NCBI RefSeq assembly: GCF_000315625.1
Contig: NW_005434657.1
Coordinates: 21,539-85,538, forward strand
Direction: 5' to 3'
Origin: Guillardia theta CCMP2712
Lineage: Eukaryota > Protista > Cryptophyta
Length of the DNA stretch: 64,000 bases
Shown here: positions 35,275 through 47,536 of the stretch, one piece after another
Numbering within the stretch: the stretch's first letter is position 1
Layout of the letters: the number at the start of each line of letters is the position of its first letter
Translations under genes and position numbers: made by a program
The notes under the pieces: model-generated
Database searches by the model: none
Seen by the model: the letters and a program-made list of their open reading frames with translations, nothing else
What the model was told of the DNA's origin: nothing

Positions 35275-35889
35275 ATGGCTCAAGTTGGCGGAGGCGCTGG
35301 AAGCGGAGGAGGAGACTGCATGAGGTGTGGAGGAGGAGGACGGAAGCGCTGCTCAGCATGCAAGAGGGTCGTGTACTGCTCGAGAGACTGCCAGAGGTTG
35401 GACTGGGAGAGGCACAAGCAGGAATGCAATAAGGAGCAGATGAAGTGGAGAGCAGGTGGTGGCAGGGAGGAGTCGCTAAAGGATTGGAAGCGAGAAGAAG
35501 GAGAAATGGCCGTTGATGCATTGCAAGACCATGACTCTCCCTTCTTCCGATCTTCTCTGCGCGTCGCCAACGTTCCGGGCTCCTCCTCTCCATCCCCATC
35601 ACCACCCGGTTCTCCTCTCACGAGTGGGATTCGCATCCTGGCAGACGGGACCCATCAGATGTTCGTGGCAGGAAGGATGTGCGACCGAGACGGTTTCCCC
35701 CTCCCCCTGGAGAGCAAGTTGTCGAGGCCCGAAGTGCGCGTCGTCCCTTGTGTGGGGTGCGGTGGGCAGGGGAGGGTGTCCACAACATGTGACGGGATAG
35801 TGAGAACTGAGTACTGCAGCAAGTGCGAGGGAGAAGGAGCCATCGTCATGAGCTATGGCGCAATGGAGACGAACAGGTCGGTTGCATGA
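35275..35889 (+). CDS. MYND zinc-finger protein with C-terminal CxxCxGxG (DnaJ-type) zinc finger
   Basis: CMRC..CSACKRVVYCSRDCQRLDWERHKQEC; CVGCGGQG...CSKCEGEG. Confidence 0.85.
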   Translation: MAQVGGGAGSGGGDCMRCGGGGRKRCSACKRVVYCSRDCQRLDWERHKQECNKEQMKWRAGGGREESLKDWKREEGEMAVDALQDHDSPFFRSSLRVANVPGSSSPSPSPPGSPLTSGIRILADGTHQMFVAGRMCDRDGFPLPLESKLSRPEVRVVPCVGCGGQGRVSTTCDGIVRTEYCSKCEGEGAIVMSYGAMETNRSVA

Positions 35890-35991
35890 GGGTAGGAGGC
35901 ACATGAAATAGACTTGTACACCTTAATTGTTTATCGCAATGGCTCAACCTGTACCAATGATTGCCACATGGTGCATCCCATGGCGGGAGGA

Positions 35992-38411
35992 TCATCGAAT
36001 GGCAGATGAAACGACGTTTGCGAGCCTGCGTTTCACACTGTGAGCGAAGTGCCGACCTACCTCACGGCACCTGAAGGTGGGATGAGCGTATCGGAGGGTG
36101 TGGAGCAGCCAAAGGAAGGAGGAAAGAACCTGCGAGAGACGGGGGTCAGAGCTCATGACTAACACCTTGATGAGACGATCGTCCATACCACAAGAGATCC
36201 AGCTTGATGCGATGCTGCAAGCTCTACTGGAACTCCTCCCCACAAAGTTCCAACGCCGAGGCTGATTTGCAGGAGCAGAGCGCCTGGAGCGCCGTGAGAC
36301 TCTTGCGATGACAAGAGACTGAACTATCAGAGGCGTGAGCCAACCTGCTACCAGCCGCATCGCGTTGTTGACACGCTTAGGGAGCTTGATGCTGCTGGCC
36401 ATGTAGAATGTGGCGAGAGCGCCTGCACCGGGTGTCTATCAAGGATGAAAGGAGGAAGCTTTCTCTAACCCGTCAGTGTGGAGTAGGCCAGCATGCGATG
36501 GTTGAACTGAACAGCAGGAATGTGCTCTGTGAAGTTCCTCCATCCCAATCGGTCCTCCCACAGATCCTTTTTCTCGCATCAGATCAAAATTTTCTCCCTC
36601 TTTTACCCTCTTCGCAAACCTTTGGGATGAATCTTCCTCCCATCAGCGGCCAATCATTGTAGGCAAGGCCTGCATGATTTCCTGCCACAAATCCTCCAGA
36701 GAAGGCCGTCAACCCTGCAAACGCTGCAGCTCCATGGGCGACCTGCCTGCATGAACGTGACCAAGCATTCATACATCGAATCTTCAAACCTGAACCACCA
36801 CATCTTCTTTGCCGTCTGGTCGCAAGCAGTTGCAATTCGACGCTTGTCGATGAGACCAAGTCCTATAGACAAAGTGATCAATAGAAGCTCGTTTCTCCAC
36901 AGCTGCGCACCAAACCAAAAGAGAAGCATGTAGATTGTAATCGCCGAGGAAAGGTGAGCGGTCAACCTACATGAAGAGAATAAATATTCGAAAAATAGCC
37001 TTTTGAAGCACCTGTATGGGCTGACAGCTGCAAATTGAGTGTTGAACTGCCAATCTTCTGCAGATTCCTACAGCAACAGACCGACAATAAGACAAATAGA
37101 AAATATTCAAATCGTTCACCAATTGCATCTTTTCTTTCTGCAGACCGCTTTTGACCATCCACCATCCAACAAGTCCTTGCAACCCTCCGAGAGTAAACAA
37201 GAAACCGACTTGTTTCTATGATTGCAGCAATCTGAGTTCAGAGCGCTAACAATCTTTTTCATCACCGGAATGGGCCCTTTCAAGTATCCTCGTGAAGCGA
37301 AGTAAACCAGAGGAACGGTGAAAACAACCCCGATCAGACTGCAGCTGAATCAGGCGGTATTCAAACCTCTGTCAACCTTCACCGTCCGAACATACGATGA
37401 GACCACTCCATGTAGTAGATGAACTTGAAATCTTGAAGAGTAAAGTTTTCATATTGACGTTTCATTATCCACTCGGGGTATGTCTTGAATTCCTACCATG
37501 CTGTAAGAGCAGAAAGTCACCTTGAAATTTTATACCTCAAACTCTGCCATCCACTCTTCTTCTGTCATCGGCGGAATCTCACTGCAGCCTTGTCTCAACA
37601 CCACAAGTGCCATCTCTCATCTCACCTATGTGGCTTCCATTTGACCATGGACAAACCGGAACCAGTGAGACGCGTCAATCCACCAAGAACGACCATGGCA
37701 ATGACCTGTATTGGTTCAAGTCAGTATCGGGCAACAACCAATCCTTGATCACCATGCCAGAAACTACAATCAACCAGTAGCCTACTGAGCGATCGCCTTT
37801 GCTGTACCAGACTCCTTCCAGTTGAACGATGTTGGTATCGTCAAGTTTCTAAGAAATCATAAGACATTTTCTGCTGAACATGTCAGTACCTGATGCTCTG
37901 GCACAGCTGATGTTGACAAATGCTTCTGCTCCCCGATCGCAGCTGACGAATTCTATGACTTCCCAGTAAGAATCGGCAAGCAAGAGTGGTTGTCCGTCAG
38001 TCACATGAGGTCTATTCGATGGCAACAGTCTCGACAGGACATGAGAGTTCACACCTTGAATCACGAATGACTATCCTGAGGAAATTCCAATATCATCTTT
38101 CTCACCAGGTTGTATCAGCCGTTTACATGCGTCCCCCAGGCCAAGATATCGATTCTGGATGTGACTGAAGCTCCGCGTCGTAAGCGTGATGTGCGGCTTG
38201 ACGGTGAACTACTTCAGCTCTCAGCCTTCGATACACACCAACACAATTTTGATCAGCTTGACCTTATAGCTTGTTGACAGCGTGGAATAGTGAGATCGGA
38301 AACTAGAGGAGAGACGGCTGAATTTGTGAGGATTATCATGAGACCAGACTAAAATCAAGACTTACCTCTGCAACGAACGGACGCAATCCACATTCCCTCG
38401 TAGGGCCTGCA
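35992..38411 (-). CDS. COX15: Heme A synthase (cytochrome c oxidase assembly protein COX15), multi-exon
   Basis: Exons encode [76 protein letters not shown] and QFNHRML. Start approximate. Confidence 0.93.
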
Positions 38412-41400
38412 TTACCAGGCCCTTGCTGCGGTCGGGCAGAACATTATCTTCTATCCAACGAATAGTCCTTGATGATATCATCCTCCTCCTCCCCCAACAC
38501 ACAAACCTCGTTCTTCCCTCAATTGTCTCTCTTCTAGTCACCTCATCAAACCTCTATGATGAATTCGCAGCACTGAAATACTTCCCCTATCCTTCAGCTC
38601 CTCTGACACATTTCTTCTCGTCATTCTGCACTTACATCACTGTCTTTCATATTTCAACGATCATTCTTCTCATCTCCGACAATTCTCGCCACATTCTCGC
38701 AATCTTCTGCTCGTATCGCTCTGTCCATTCTTGTTTTACCTGAGCATTTTCTGCCGTCTTACGCCCTGAGCTTATGTCCACACCCCGTCACCCTTACCAC
38801 CCCCCAGTTTGACTATCCAATAACCCCCGTGCAATGGACAAAAGTACCCCCTCTGTTACCCTAAAAAGAACCCCTATTCTCAATCACACCAATATAAAAC
38901 CCTTGTAGACTCGTACAACTACTACCCCCATTCCTAGTAGGTAAAGCACCCGTACTTTAAAGGAAGATATATTTATAGTCGTCCCACCCCTCTTTTTCCC
39001 TTTTAGTACCCCACTTCTTTGACTGGCTATCACAGTCGATAGGCGGTTGGGCGAAGGTCGGAGAGGCTAACATGGGCTCTCCACGAGCAGACAAGACGGA
39101 AGGAAGGAGAAGAGGAGGAAGAGCAGATGGGAGGACGCGTCATGGGGAGAAGAGATGAACAGGCTCATGTTTGCAGAGACGGCATGTATGAAGTATAGAG
39201 CTTGGTCATGAGCCAAGATCAGGACGGGGGATGGAGGCTACACAGCGAGCTCAAAGGGAATCTTAGATGACGTGGGATAAGCTACAGAATCAAAAGTTTC
39301 AGAAAGTAGCAAATGGAGAGAATTATGATCTAGAGAGGACGAATTCAACTTCAATAGAAGAGCTCGACTGTATGGACCGTTGGCCACAAAGTGAGAAGCA
39401 AAAAGAGTTCCAGGTCAACGTGGTGTGTGAGTGGAGCTGAGGAAATTTCTCCCCCTTTCCAAGCATTTTTCTGTTCATGGGTTGTGGACCTTCATCTGGC
39501 CGCCATCCTGTCGGTATTTCGGCACAACGCGATGAATCAAATACAAGTTCACAAGGAGATGTCATGCCAAGGATGCCAGACGCTGTCAACACAGGTAGAC
39601 ATGATACCTCACTTTTTGAGTACGCGACATGTTCATAAGCATCGATTACACCTCCCAGGTCAAGTCGAGTCCAGGTCTAGGGAAATCCACCCGCGAACAT
39701 CAAGGGATAACCAGAGTGATGTCCATCGTGAAGAAGAGCCGGAAATCTCACGTTTACCCTCAACTCTTGAATTGGAAGAGCAGATTCTGAGTGAATTTGG
39801 TGTCTCGGTGAGCTGATATGCGACAATATACTTGTAAACTTTTAACATGTTGCATTTTATTGTGCAGACTCCGAAAAGTTCATCCAGAACACATGAATCG
39901 CACAAGAATGGGCACGACACTACACCACTGCATCCGGTGATTGAAGGAAGGGTATGCACGTTCGATTTGAAGGTACACTTTTGCATCATATAATCTTTGG
40001 TATGAAGGAACAGTCATGGTTGAACCAAATGGCGCTTGAAGATGAGATCCTGCGCGTAAGTGATGTCCTGCTTGCAGCGACCCGGTGACCTGTTGATGGT
40101 GTTATGTCTAGGACGTCGAAGCAAATTGAACGAATAGGAAAGCCGCTTGCTTATGTGGTCTTGTGCATATTCTGCGTTTCTAGAAAGCAATTACATATCA
40201 TAGCGCGGTTGCCAAACAGATTCGAGATGTAGCCTCATTCATATGAGTGACCGCATTCAACTAGAACTATTAGCCGCTGGCATAAGAGCGGCCTTGCTGG
40301 CCGGGCCGCGCGGGCTGCGCCATGTTCCGACTCGCTGGATCGGATCGAGCCGGCGCTGTCACAGCATGGCCCGCCGAAGTACTACACCGACTCGGAGGGT
40401 GCGGCCGGCCCGCCGGCACCCCGGGGTTGGAAATCAGACTCAGTGTCCGATAAGAATAACGCAGAGTGTAACGGAAGGGGCGTTGGAGATTACCGAGATG
40501 CCGGGGCCTATGGCAGTAGAAGGGAGGAGATGACGGCAGGGATGCTGGAAGGGAGGGGAGGCGACAAGACATGGAACATGTTGAAGCATCATCATGAAAG
40601 CGTCTTGATCTGCTCCGAAGCGCTGCCTCGAGGTGCAGTGCTGTCCAGGGCTGATGGCGGCAAGGTGAAACTCTCATGGAAGAGCTGAGCATTTGGTAAC
40701 TTGAGATGGTAGTTGAAGAGCCAGAAAGAAGAAACGCTCTTACCATGAGAAACAGAAGTGAACTGCAGATGGAGCATCGCCCCCACACTGTCTCAGGGTT
40801 AAGAATATCAATGTTGTTATACGAACAAGGTCTAAAATTTGCTCAGTTCTAGAAGAGAAAACCGAGCAAAGCATCGACGGAAAGACTTCCTTTCTGAGCA
40901 GTAAATCAACAATTGGATGCCAGCGAGGCATACTTGTTCTGATTCCTTCTGCAAGGTATCATGATGAAAGGCCGTCGAGCCCCCTCAAGATAGTTGGAAG
41001 TCATTTTGTGAACAACCGAGGTCTTCTACCCTCGACATCTCCCAGCAGCTTCGCACATCAGCAAGATGATAGAGCCCATAGAGCACGAAATCGTCAGGCC
41101 AGGGGGGTGATGAATATCGCACAATTCATTGAAACACATAAGCAGATTCCTCTGTCTCCTTCCAGGTCTTCTATCGCGTGCTAGCTTCCTTTCTTGTTGA
41201 GCAGACGCGTTGCAGAAGATATCTGCGAGACATGTATGAAGGCAGCAGGACGCCTTCGAGTGAGCTACTCATGTCGATTTGAATGATGTTGTAAGCAACT
41301 GGCAGATGGTCGTGAGTACCGCGAATACAACAAGGAAGTAGCTGACAAAGACTGGAACCACTCACGAAGCGTGTTTCTTGCGTAAGTTATTGATTTATGG

Positions 41401-41452
41401 TTGACATCATAACTAATCTGAATCACTCAGCCTCCAAGAGGATGCAAAAGAG

Positions 41453-43816
41453 ATGGAAATAAGTAATCGGTTTGCTACTCATTCCGGAATGCAATCGAGT
41501 CCAGCTGTCAGGACTCTCAGCGCAGCAACGCCTGCATTGGTGAAAAGGACTGAATCTTCCTCTACGACATCTAACCGATCCCAGACTCTCGATCTCGAAA
41601 CTTCTCAGAGAAGCTTTGTATTGAAAAATTTACTTGAAGAACGTACAAAGCGCATAGTTCAACTCAAGTATGCCAAAAATTCCATCTCATCCACAGCTCC
41701 TTTCTCATCTCCAGAGACATCAATGCGTCCCGCCACCAGTTTAAGCAGACAGAACGATGTTTCGAGGCATAAATTCATTACACGGAGCAGCAACCATGAT
41801 GGATTTCTTGTCAATGATGGTTTTGAGGGAGAGCGAGAAATGCTTGGGTTTGAAAGCCGAATCTCCAGTAGTTCAATTTGGCAAGAGCAGTTTCAAAGCA
41901 TCCTTCACGAATCTGCTGGGTCAAAATATCTTGCTTCTCTCAGCAAAGCCAAACAAAATACGAAAGTAAAAGGAAAATCGGTCAGACAAGGAAGTTTCAA
42001 GTCACATCACGATGAAGCGATTGATCTCATTGATTGGCTGACTGAGATTTCAACTAGGAATGTATGTTCCGTCAGCCACATTAAAAGAATCCCGCCTTTC
42101 GAGAAGCAAGTGGATTCTTCAATCACAGAGTCGTTCTTAAAGTCGTTGAAAGAGAGAGATCTGCAAAGGCTTCGGAACAGTGACTTCATCAGTGGGAAAT
42201 CTCGCGTGATAATATTTGACAGAAAGGCTTCAAACTCTCAGAACCCGGAGGGCGATGTGTACTTCGAGAAACATCTAAGGTTTTCAAGCAGCTTTGAAAG
42301 TGGAAACTTGCGCAGGGTAACACAGGTAGGCGTGTATGAGTATGACATTCAGCTAGAACCAGATACCAACTCAAATCGGCATATGCAATGGTTTTACTTC
42401 CAGGTATCTAATGTGCAGAAAGGTGTCTCGTACAAGTTTAACATCGTCAACATGTGCAAATCAAAGAGTCTGTACAATTATGGGCTGCGACCTCTACGAT
42501 ATAGCGAATGCCATGCAAAGTCAGTGCAATTGGGGTGGGAACGCTCTTGCAAAGAGATAGCGTACTACAAGAGTGGATTATACTATCGCTCGCACAGTCG
42601 AATTCCTTTCCGCACATTGACTTTCACTTATGTTGGAGAATACGATGACGACACTGTTTACTTTGCTCATTGCTATCCGTACACGGTCAATCAACTGAGT
42701 GAGGATTTGACTGCATTGATGGAATCTAAGGATGCCTCTTGCATGACCAACAAGGTCAAACTTGGAAGGTCACCTGGAGGGAATGATTGTTACACCCTTG
42801 AGATCTCAGCCACAGCACCGGACGAAATATTGCAGAGCAGAAAAGTGATCTTCATTCTTGCACGGTGTCATCCAGGAGAAACTCCATCTAGCTATATGAT
42901 GAAAGGGGTCATAGAGTTCTTGGTTGGAACAAGCCCTGCAGCAAAGAAGCTACGTGAGAAGTTTGTGTTCGTCATCATTCCGATGCTGAATCCGGACGGA
43001 GTGACCGCGGGAAACACTCGAACAACTCTTCTTGGAGATGATCTGAATCGGCACTGGCATGAACCAGATCAGAAGCACCGGCCTCTCGACCTCTTCAAAG
43101 AATATCTCAGCAAGCACAGAAGTCACAAAGAGGTTTTCTTAGCCGTCGATCTTCATGCACATAGCCGGAGGAAGAACATTTTTTCTTATGGATGCACTCC
43201 ATCCAAGGAATATATTGCCAGGGATCGACTTCCCACCGGATATGAAAGAGTCTTCCCTTACATATTATCAAAGATGTGTGATGCCTTCAAGTACGAGCAG
43301 TGTACCTTTGACCTTAAGAAAGGAAGGGAGGGGACTGGAAGGTCCGTCTTGTTCAAGGATTTCCAGATAAGAGCTGCATACACCATTGAGGCTTCGTTCC
43401 TGGGTGGAAACTTTGGAAAGTATGATGGACTGCACTATACAACTGCTGACTACGAAAAGTTTGGAAAGCAATTCTGTGAAGTATATCCACAATGTTTCCT
43501 TGTATTCACTTACATTTTGTTGTGCAAGGCTGTCTTGGAATTTAGCAATGAAGAGAGGATGCAATGGTATCTCCGCGAGATTAGAGCTCAACAGATAGCC
43601 GATGATTCGGACGAGAGCGAAGAATCTGACTACAGCTCAGAAGGTCTCTCTGACGACGAGGCCTTTCCTGCAAGTCCTCGTGAAGTTTATAGCGAAGTGC
43701 ATCCAGTAGAAATCATTGAGAAGCAAGTGTCTCCATCCTCGAGGGCGGTAAGGCTTGCTATGACCTTGACCTTCTTCCAATCTTCTTCCCCACGAGTTGA
43801 TCAGTTTCATTCCTAG
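41453..43816 (+). CDS. Cytosolic carboxypeptidase (M14D, CCP/Nna1/AGBL tubulin deglutamylase family); main exon
   Basis: FESGNL, QWFYF, AHCYPYT, ARCHPGE, IPMLNPDGV, DLNRHW, DLHAHS, YTIEASF. Further exons likely upstream (~40500) and downstream (~44340). Confidence 0.93.
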   Translation: MEISNRFATHSGMQSSPAVRTLSAATPALVKRTESSSTTSNRSQTLDLETSQRSFVLKNLLEERTKRIVQLKYAKNSISSTAPFSSPETSMRPATSLSRQNDVSRHKFITRSSNHDGFLVNDGFEGEREMLGFESRISSSSIWQEQFQSILHESAGSKYLASLSKAKQNTKVKGKSVRQGSFKSHHDEAIDLIDWLTEISTRNVCSVSHIKRIPPFEKQVDSSITESFLKSLKERDLQRLRNSDFISGKSRVIIFDRKASNSQNPEGDVYFEKHLRFSSSFESGNLRRVTQVGVYEYDIQLEPDTNSNRHMQWFYFQVSNVQKGVSYKFNIVNMCKSKSLYNYGLRPLRYSECHAKSVQLGWERSCKEIAYYKSGLYYRSHSRIPFRTLTFTYVGEYDDDTVYFAHCYPYTVNQLSEDLTALMESKDASCMTNKVKLGRSPGGNDCYTLEISATAPDEILQSRKVIFILARCHPGETPSSYMMKGVIEFLVGTSPAAKKLREKFVFVIIPMLNPDGVTAGNTRTTLLGDDLNRHWHEPDQKHRPLDLFKEYLSKHRSHKEVFLAVDLHAHSRRKNIFSYGCTPSKEYIARDRLPTGYERVFPYILSKMCDAFKYEQCTFDLKKGREGTGRSVLFKDFQIRAAYTIEASFLGGNFGKYDGLHYTTADYEKFGKQFCEVYPQCFLVFTYILLCKAVLEFSNEERMQWYLREIRAQQIADDSDESEESDYSSEGLSDDEAFPASPREVYSEVHPVEIIEKQVSPSSRAVRLAMTLTFFQSSSPRVDQFHS

Positions 43817-44619
43817 GAGGGTGCACGCCCCTTCAAGTACATCACCAAGTCCTCTGAAGTGAAGCGAGACTCATTCGTTGTGGTCCCACATGTGAAGGTA
43901 CAAGTGTCATCCTCGCACTCGAGAGGATCCAGCCCCTCCAACTCTCCGATAGAAAAACTTCCGAGCCCAGAACGAGTCGCACTCGTCAAACCCCCCGGCT
44001 CTCCTACAGGTGCAAGGACCAAAGCTGCAGTCAAGGCAGAATCTCCCGTGCTGCCTGCAGCTTCTGCTCCGACCATGGCAGGCAAGAACGAGAAGAGAAA
44101 GCTGGTGGCGAAAGCTCATGGCCTGAACTACTACGTGAGATGCTGCTGATGAAATGCTGCCACTGAGTCTTTCACTCTCCCTTCCAGGATTCATCTGTTC
44201 TTGATCGAGTGCGAGACATGAGGAAGCAGATGACCGGCACCAACGATGAGTTTGTGCTGCTCCAAGGAAGGATCTCCAGAATCGCCGGTTACTCGCAACG
44301 ACTGTTTGGCGCCAATGCTAAATCAGATGCATAACTTCAGATATTTTGTTTCACTATTGTTCGACTTCTTTCCCGTTGTATCTCCATGTGTGCACTATGC
44401 ATCAGTTGTAGCAGAAGCTTTCTCAGCGTGATTCTCTGGTGTGTGTCGGAAGCAACACAAATTAAATTAGCGTCGTCAAGTCTCTCAGGAGGTTCTGCTG
44501 TGTCGATTGGCAGCAACAGGTGGCCACCACCCCTTCGGCTCCCAGTACCACCCCACATTTCCCCTCCACCACCACTGTTTTCGTTTACCATTCTCTCTCT
44601 GGCCCTACCTCCTGGGAGC

Positions 44620-45702
44620 ATGGCGAGGGCCAAGATGGGAGCGGAAGAGGGAGGGAGGGCCTGTCGACATGCTCCAACGTCCTCCTGCTCGCTTTCTACC
44701 ATCCGTCTTCCTGCCATGATGTTTGCTTTCTTTCTGGTTCCTGAGAGCGCTGGAGAGGTAGGGGAAGGAGTGGGAACGCGAATGTGCTCATCTCAGTGTA
44801 CAGGTGTCATGGGATGAATCTAGCAGGGCAAATTTCGGGCTGCACGTCTTCTATATCAATTGCCCGATCAACATCTCATTTCGCATAGCAAACATAATTC
44901 CAAAGATGCAGCAGCAAATCAATATTTCAACAGGGGGGGTGACAGCCAATCAAATTTTCGTTCAGAACATGGATGTCAATTTCTCATATTACAATCTCTC
45001 CATGAAACTAAAACTTTCACAACCAATGCCAAGTGGCGCTGAGTTCATCCAAACCAATCAGGAAGCTTGCAACTCAAAGAATGCCAGCTGCCTCGTGCAA
45101 GCGGATTTTGTCTGGAGACCTCAAATGTAAATTGCAAGAAATTTGCCTGTTTGTCTGTGTTGCTGATTAATGAATGCCAACAGATCGGATTCAGGGAAAA
45201 ACGTTTCCTTCTGTGTCTATGCTATGGACAATGCCACCAACTTTTCGGTTGGCATCGGGTGTATGCGTGGAAATGCTTCTGCAAGCACGACTTCCTTTAC
45301 CATATTTGTAGAGAAGTGTAAGTATTGCACACAACCCGGAGATACTTTAGAAAAGGTGATTGGAGGCTTGTTGTGTGCAAGGCAGGGTGCGTTCTGAATC
45401 TTCTCTAACAGATAATAAGGCGATTCGCAATGAGCAGCAACTGGTACCTGCTTTGGGCTTTAAATGGGAACCGAATGCCGGATGAGATCAAAGATCCGAA
45501 TCAGATTCCAGCACATGCAGTAGATGGACTTCTGCTGGGCTTGACGTATTCTACTCAGCCACATGACAACCTTCTTGAACTCGCCCAGCGATTCAGAACA
45601 ACCATCAAGAGCCTACTACTTACAAACCCTGAAATGACTGACAAATCAGTTCTCAGCGTTGGTGAAAACTTATGTATCATTCCTTGTAACTATATTGTAT
45701 AA
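44620..45702 (+). CDS. Multi-exon protein with two C-terminal LysM domains
   Basis: YCTQPGDTLEKI..LWALN..IKDPNQI and YSTQPHDNLLELAQRFRTTIKSLLLTNP..LSVGENLCI. Confidence 0.8.
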
Positions 45703-45916
45703 ACCCAACTTAGACGTGGGCGTATACCCATGTTCATCACGCTGCAGCTGCAGCCTTTGTTTGACCCCTCCCTGCCTCCCCACACAAAGCGAGTAAAATC
45801 ATCCATATGCCCCTTGCACGCGAGCATGACAGTCAGTTTCACCGCGCAATACGAGTGGTCTGCTTCCTTTACATCTTCAGCCATCTGAGCAGTTTCTGGC
45901 ATTTTCATTCGCCACC

Positions 45917-46020
45917 AATCACTAACTAACGTATCCTCGATTGAAATCAATACTCACCCATCACTAACGAACGTATCCTCGAATGAAATCAATACTCGCC
46001 ACCCATCACTAACTAACGTG
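45917..46020. repeat. Short ~43-bp tandem repeat (about 2.4 copies)
   Basis: ATCACTAAC(T/G)AACGTATCCTCGA..GAAATCAATACTC repeated. Confidence 0.8.
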
Positions 46021-46434
46021 TCCTGTCATCCTTGACAGAGGCTATTCGGAACTACACTCCATCCTCCGGATGCACGACAAAACGATCCTTATCGTGATTG
46101 TCCCACCTGCAAATCCCCAGAGCCTCAAGAGCAGTCAAGAAATACGAGAGCTTGAGAAAGTGAACCCTTGCCATTGTCAGCTGTCCGTCCGTTTGATCTT
46201 GATATAGATTGATTACGTCGTAGCCACCTTCAACCTCGATGATGAAATGAAGGAACACCCTGTTGTGCGGAAGAAAGTAATGTGTCTCTTGACAGATCAA
46301 AGTTGAAAACAAAAAGGGGTCCAGGGCTGTCAGGCAGCCGGAGACATCTCGTCGTCAAGCGCAAGTACTCGAGATCAAGCGTTCATTACTAGCTTCTACG
46401 TAGTTACATGCTCGTGTCTAGTCTAGAGCGTTTC

Positions 46435-47193
46435 CTACTCCGTCCTGTCTGCCTTGGGTGCTTGTAGAGCTGCACGGTCGGTCGTAGTAGGATGCTGGAT
46501 GGCGATGGGGGTCCGGCGGGTCGATCGCTTCCGGCGGGCTTCCTCTCTTGCTGCTCGGAGCTCGCTCTCCAGACCGACGAGGTCCCGGCGCTCACGGCGG
46601 AGCTCCTCCGTCAGCTCGGCGACTCGAGCGCGCTTGCTGGCACAAGTCTCTTTGAGCCGGCGGGCTTCCTCGGACAGCTCGTCGTCCTCGCTGGTGCTGC
46701 GATCGGCAGGCTGGCGTCGGGCTACCTCGATCCGAAGCTGGCCGTCACAGTACTCCGAGCGGATGTCGCCGGGGTCGCAGTCTGCAGGGAGGACGATGCG
46801 CTGGCGGAGGCGAAGGGACGATCGGTCGGGGTGAGCACCAGGGGCTTGAGCAGCCTCGTCGTCCAGACGAGCGTCAGCTGCCGCGGAGGTGGGTGAGATG
46901 CTCGACGAGGCTACCAGCTCTAGCGTCCGGTCGCCTACCAGGCTCAGCGCGAGGTCTCCCGCGGGTACTCCGGGCGTGTCCATGGTCACCACGTGCCTGT
47001 CCGGGCGAGACTCGATACGAGGCATGGCAGCGGTGTCAAGAAGCCGGGAGGCTGAGACGCGGTCGTACCAGGACGGCTGCAGGTCGTCCCAGACCGAGTC
47101 GAGGTCAGACAGGAGCGAGACCGAGGGGTAAGACAAGCGAGGGGTAGGAGCGAGGAGCATGTCGAGAGGACGGGCAGCGAGAAGGGAGAGCAT
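46435..47193 (-). CDS. Small heat-shock protein type A (alpha-crystallin domain + coiled-coil extension), copy 1
   Basis: VVTMDTPGV..DLALSL..TLEL..QRIVLPADCDPGDIRSEYCDGQLRIEVAR; C-terminal PIAI (IXI) motif. Confidence 0.85.
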   Translation of the reverse strand: MLSLLAARPLDMLLAPTPRLSYPSVSLLSDLDSVWDDLQPSWYDRVSASRLLDTAAMPRIESRPDRHVVTMDTPGVPAGDLALSLVGDRTLELVASSSISPTSAAADARLDDEAAQAPGAHPDRSSLRLRQRIVLPADCDPGDIRSEYCDGQLRIEVARRQPADRSTSEDDELSEEARRLKETCASKRARVAELTEELRRERRDLVGLESELRAAREEARRKRSTRRTPIAIQHPTTTDRAALQAPKADRTE

Positions 47194-47320
47194 GGGATCA
47201 GTAAGCAGGAGTGAAGCAGAGAGTCGTGTCGAGAGAGAGAAAGAGTGGGTTGGGTGTGGGATGGGTTGGGAGGGTCGACGGGAGATGGGGAGGAGATATA
47301 GAGGGAGGAGGGGGGACGTG

Positions 47321-47333
47321 GAAAGATCGAGAA
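47321..47333. promoter_or_regulatory. Candidate heat-shock element in the bidirectional promoter (present in every unit)
   Basis: GAA-ag-ATC-ga-GAA, one mismatch from GAAnnTTCnnGAA; TATA-like GATATAGAG near 47295. Confidence 0.5.
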
Positions 47334-47536
47334 TACCGGGGTGACAGGGTGTTTCTAAAAATAGTGTTTGTACGGAGGTTTGTGTGTATTTTTAGACTCA
47401 GTTTTGCTGGTCTACGGTACTACCCCTCATCCCTACCCAGCCTCCCAGCACCCCTCCCCCCTCCTTCCTTCCATCCTCCCCTTGCCTTCTTATCCGAGTC
47501 GCCCGACAGCTTGCGGACCTCAGCCAGTAGCTTGCG

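Noticed and set aside
46052-46312. CUB-like exon fragment (FIIEVEGGYDVINLY)
   Set aside because: Too short to call; noted only as a possibly interrupted gene.
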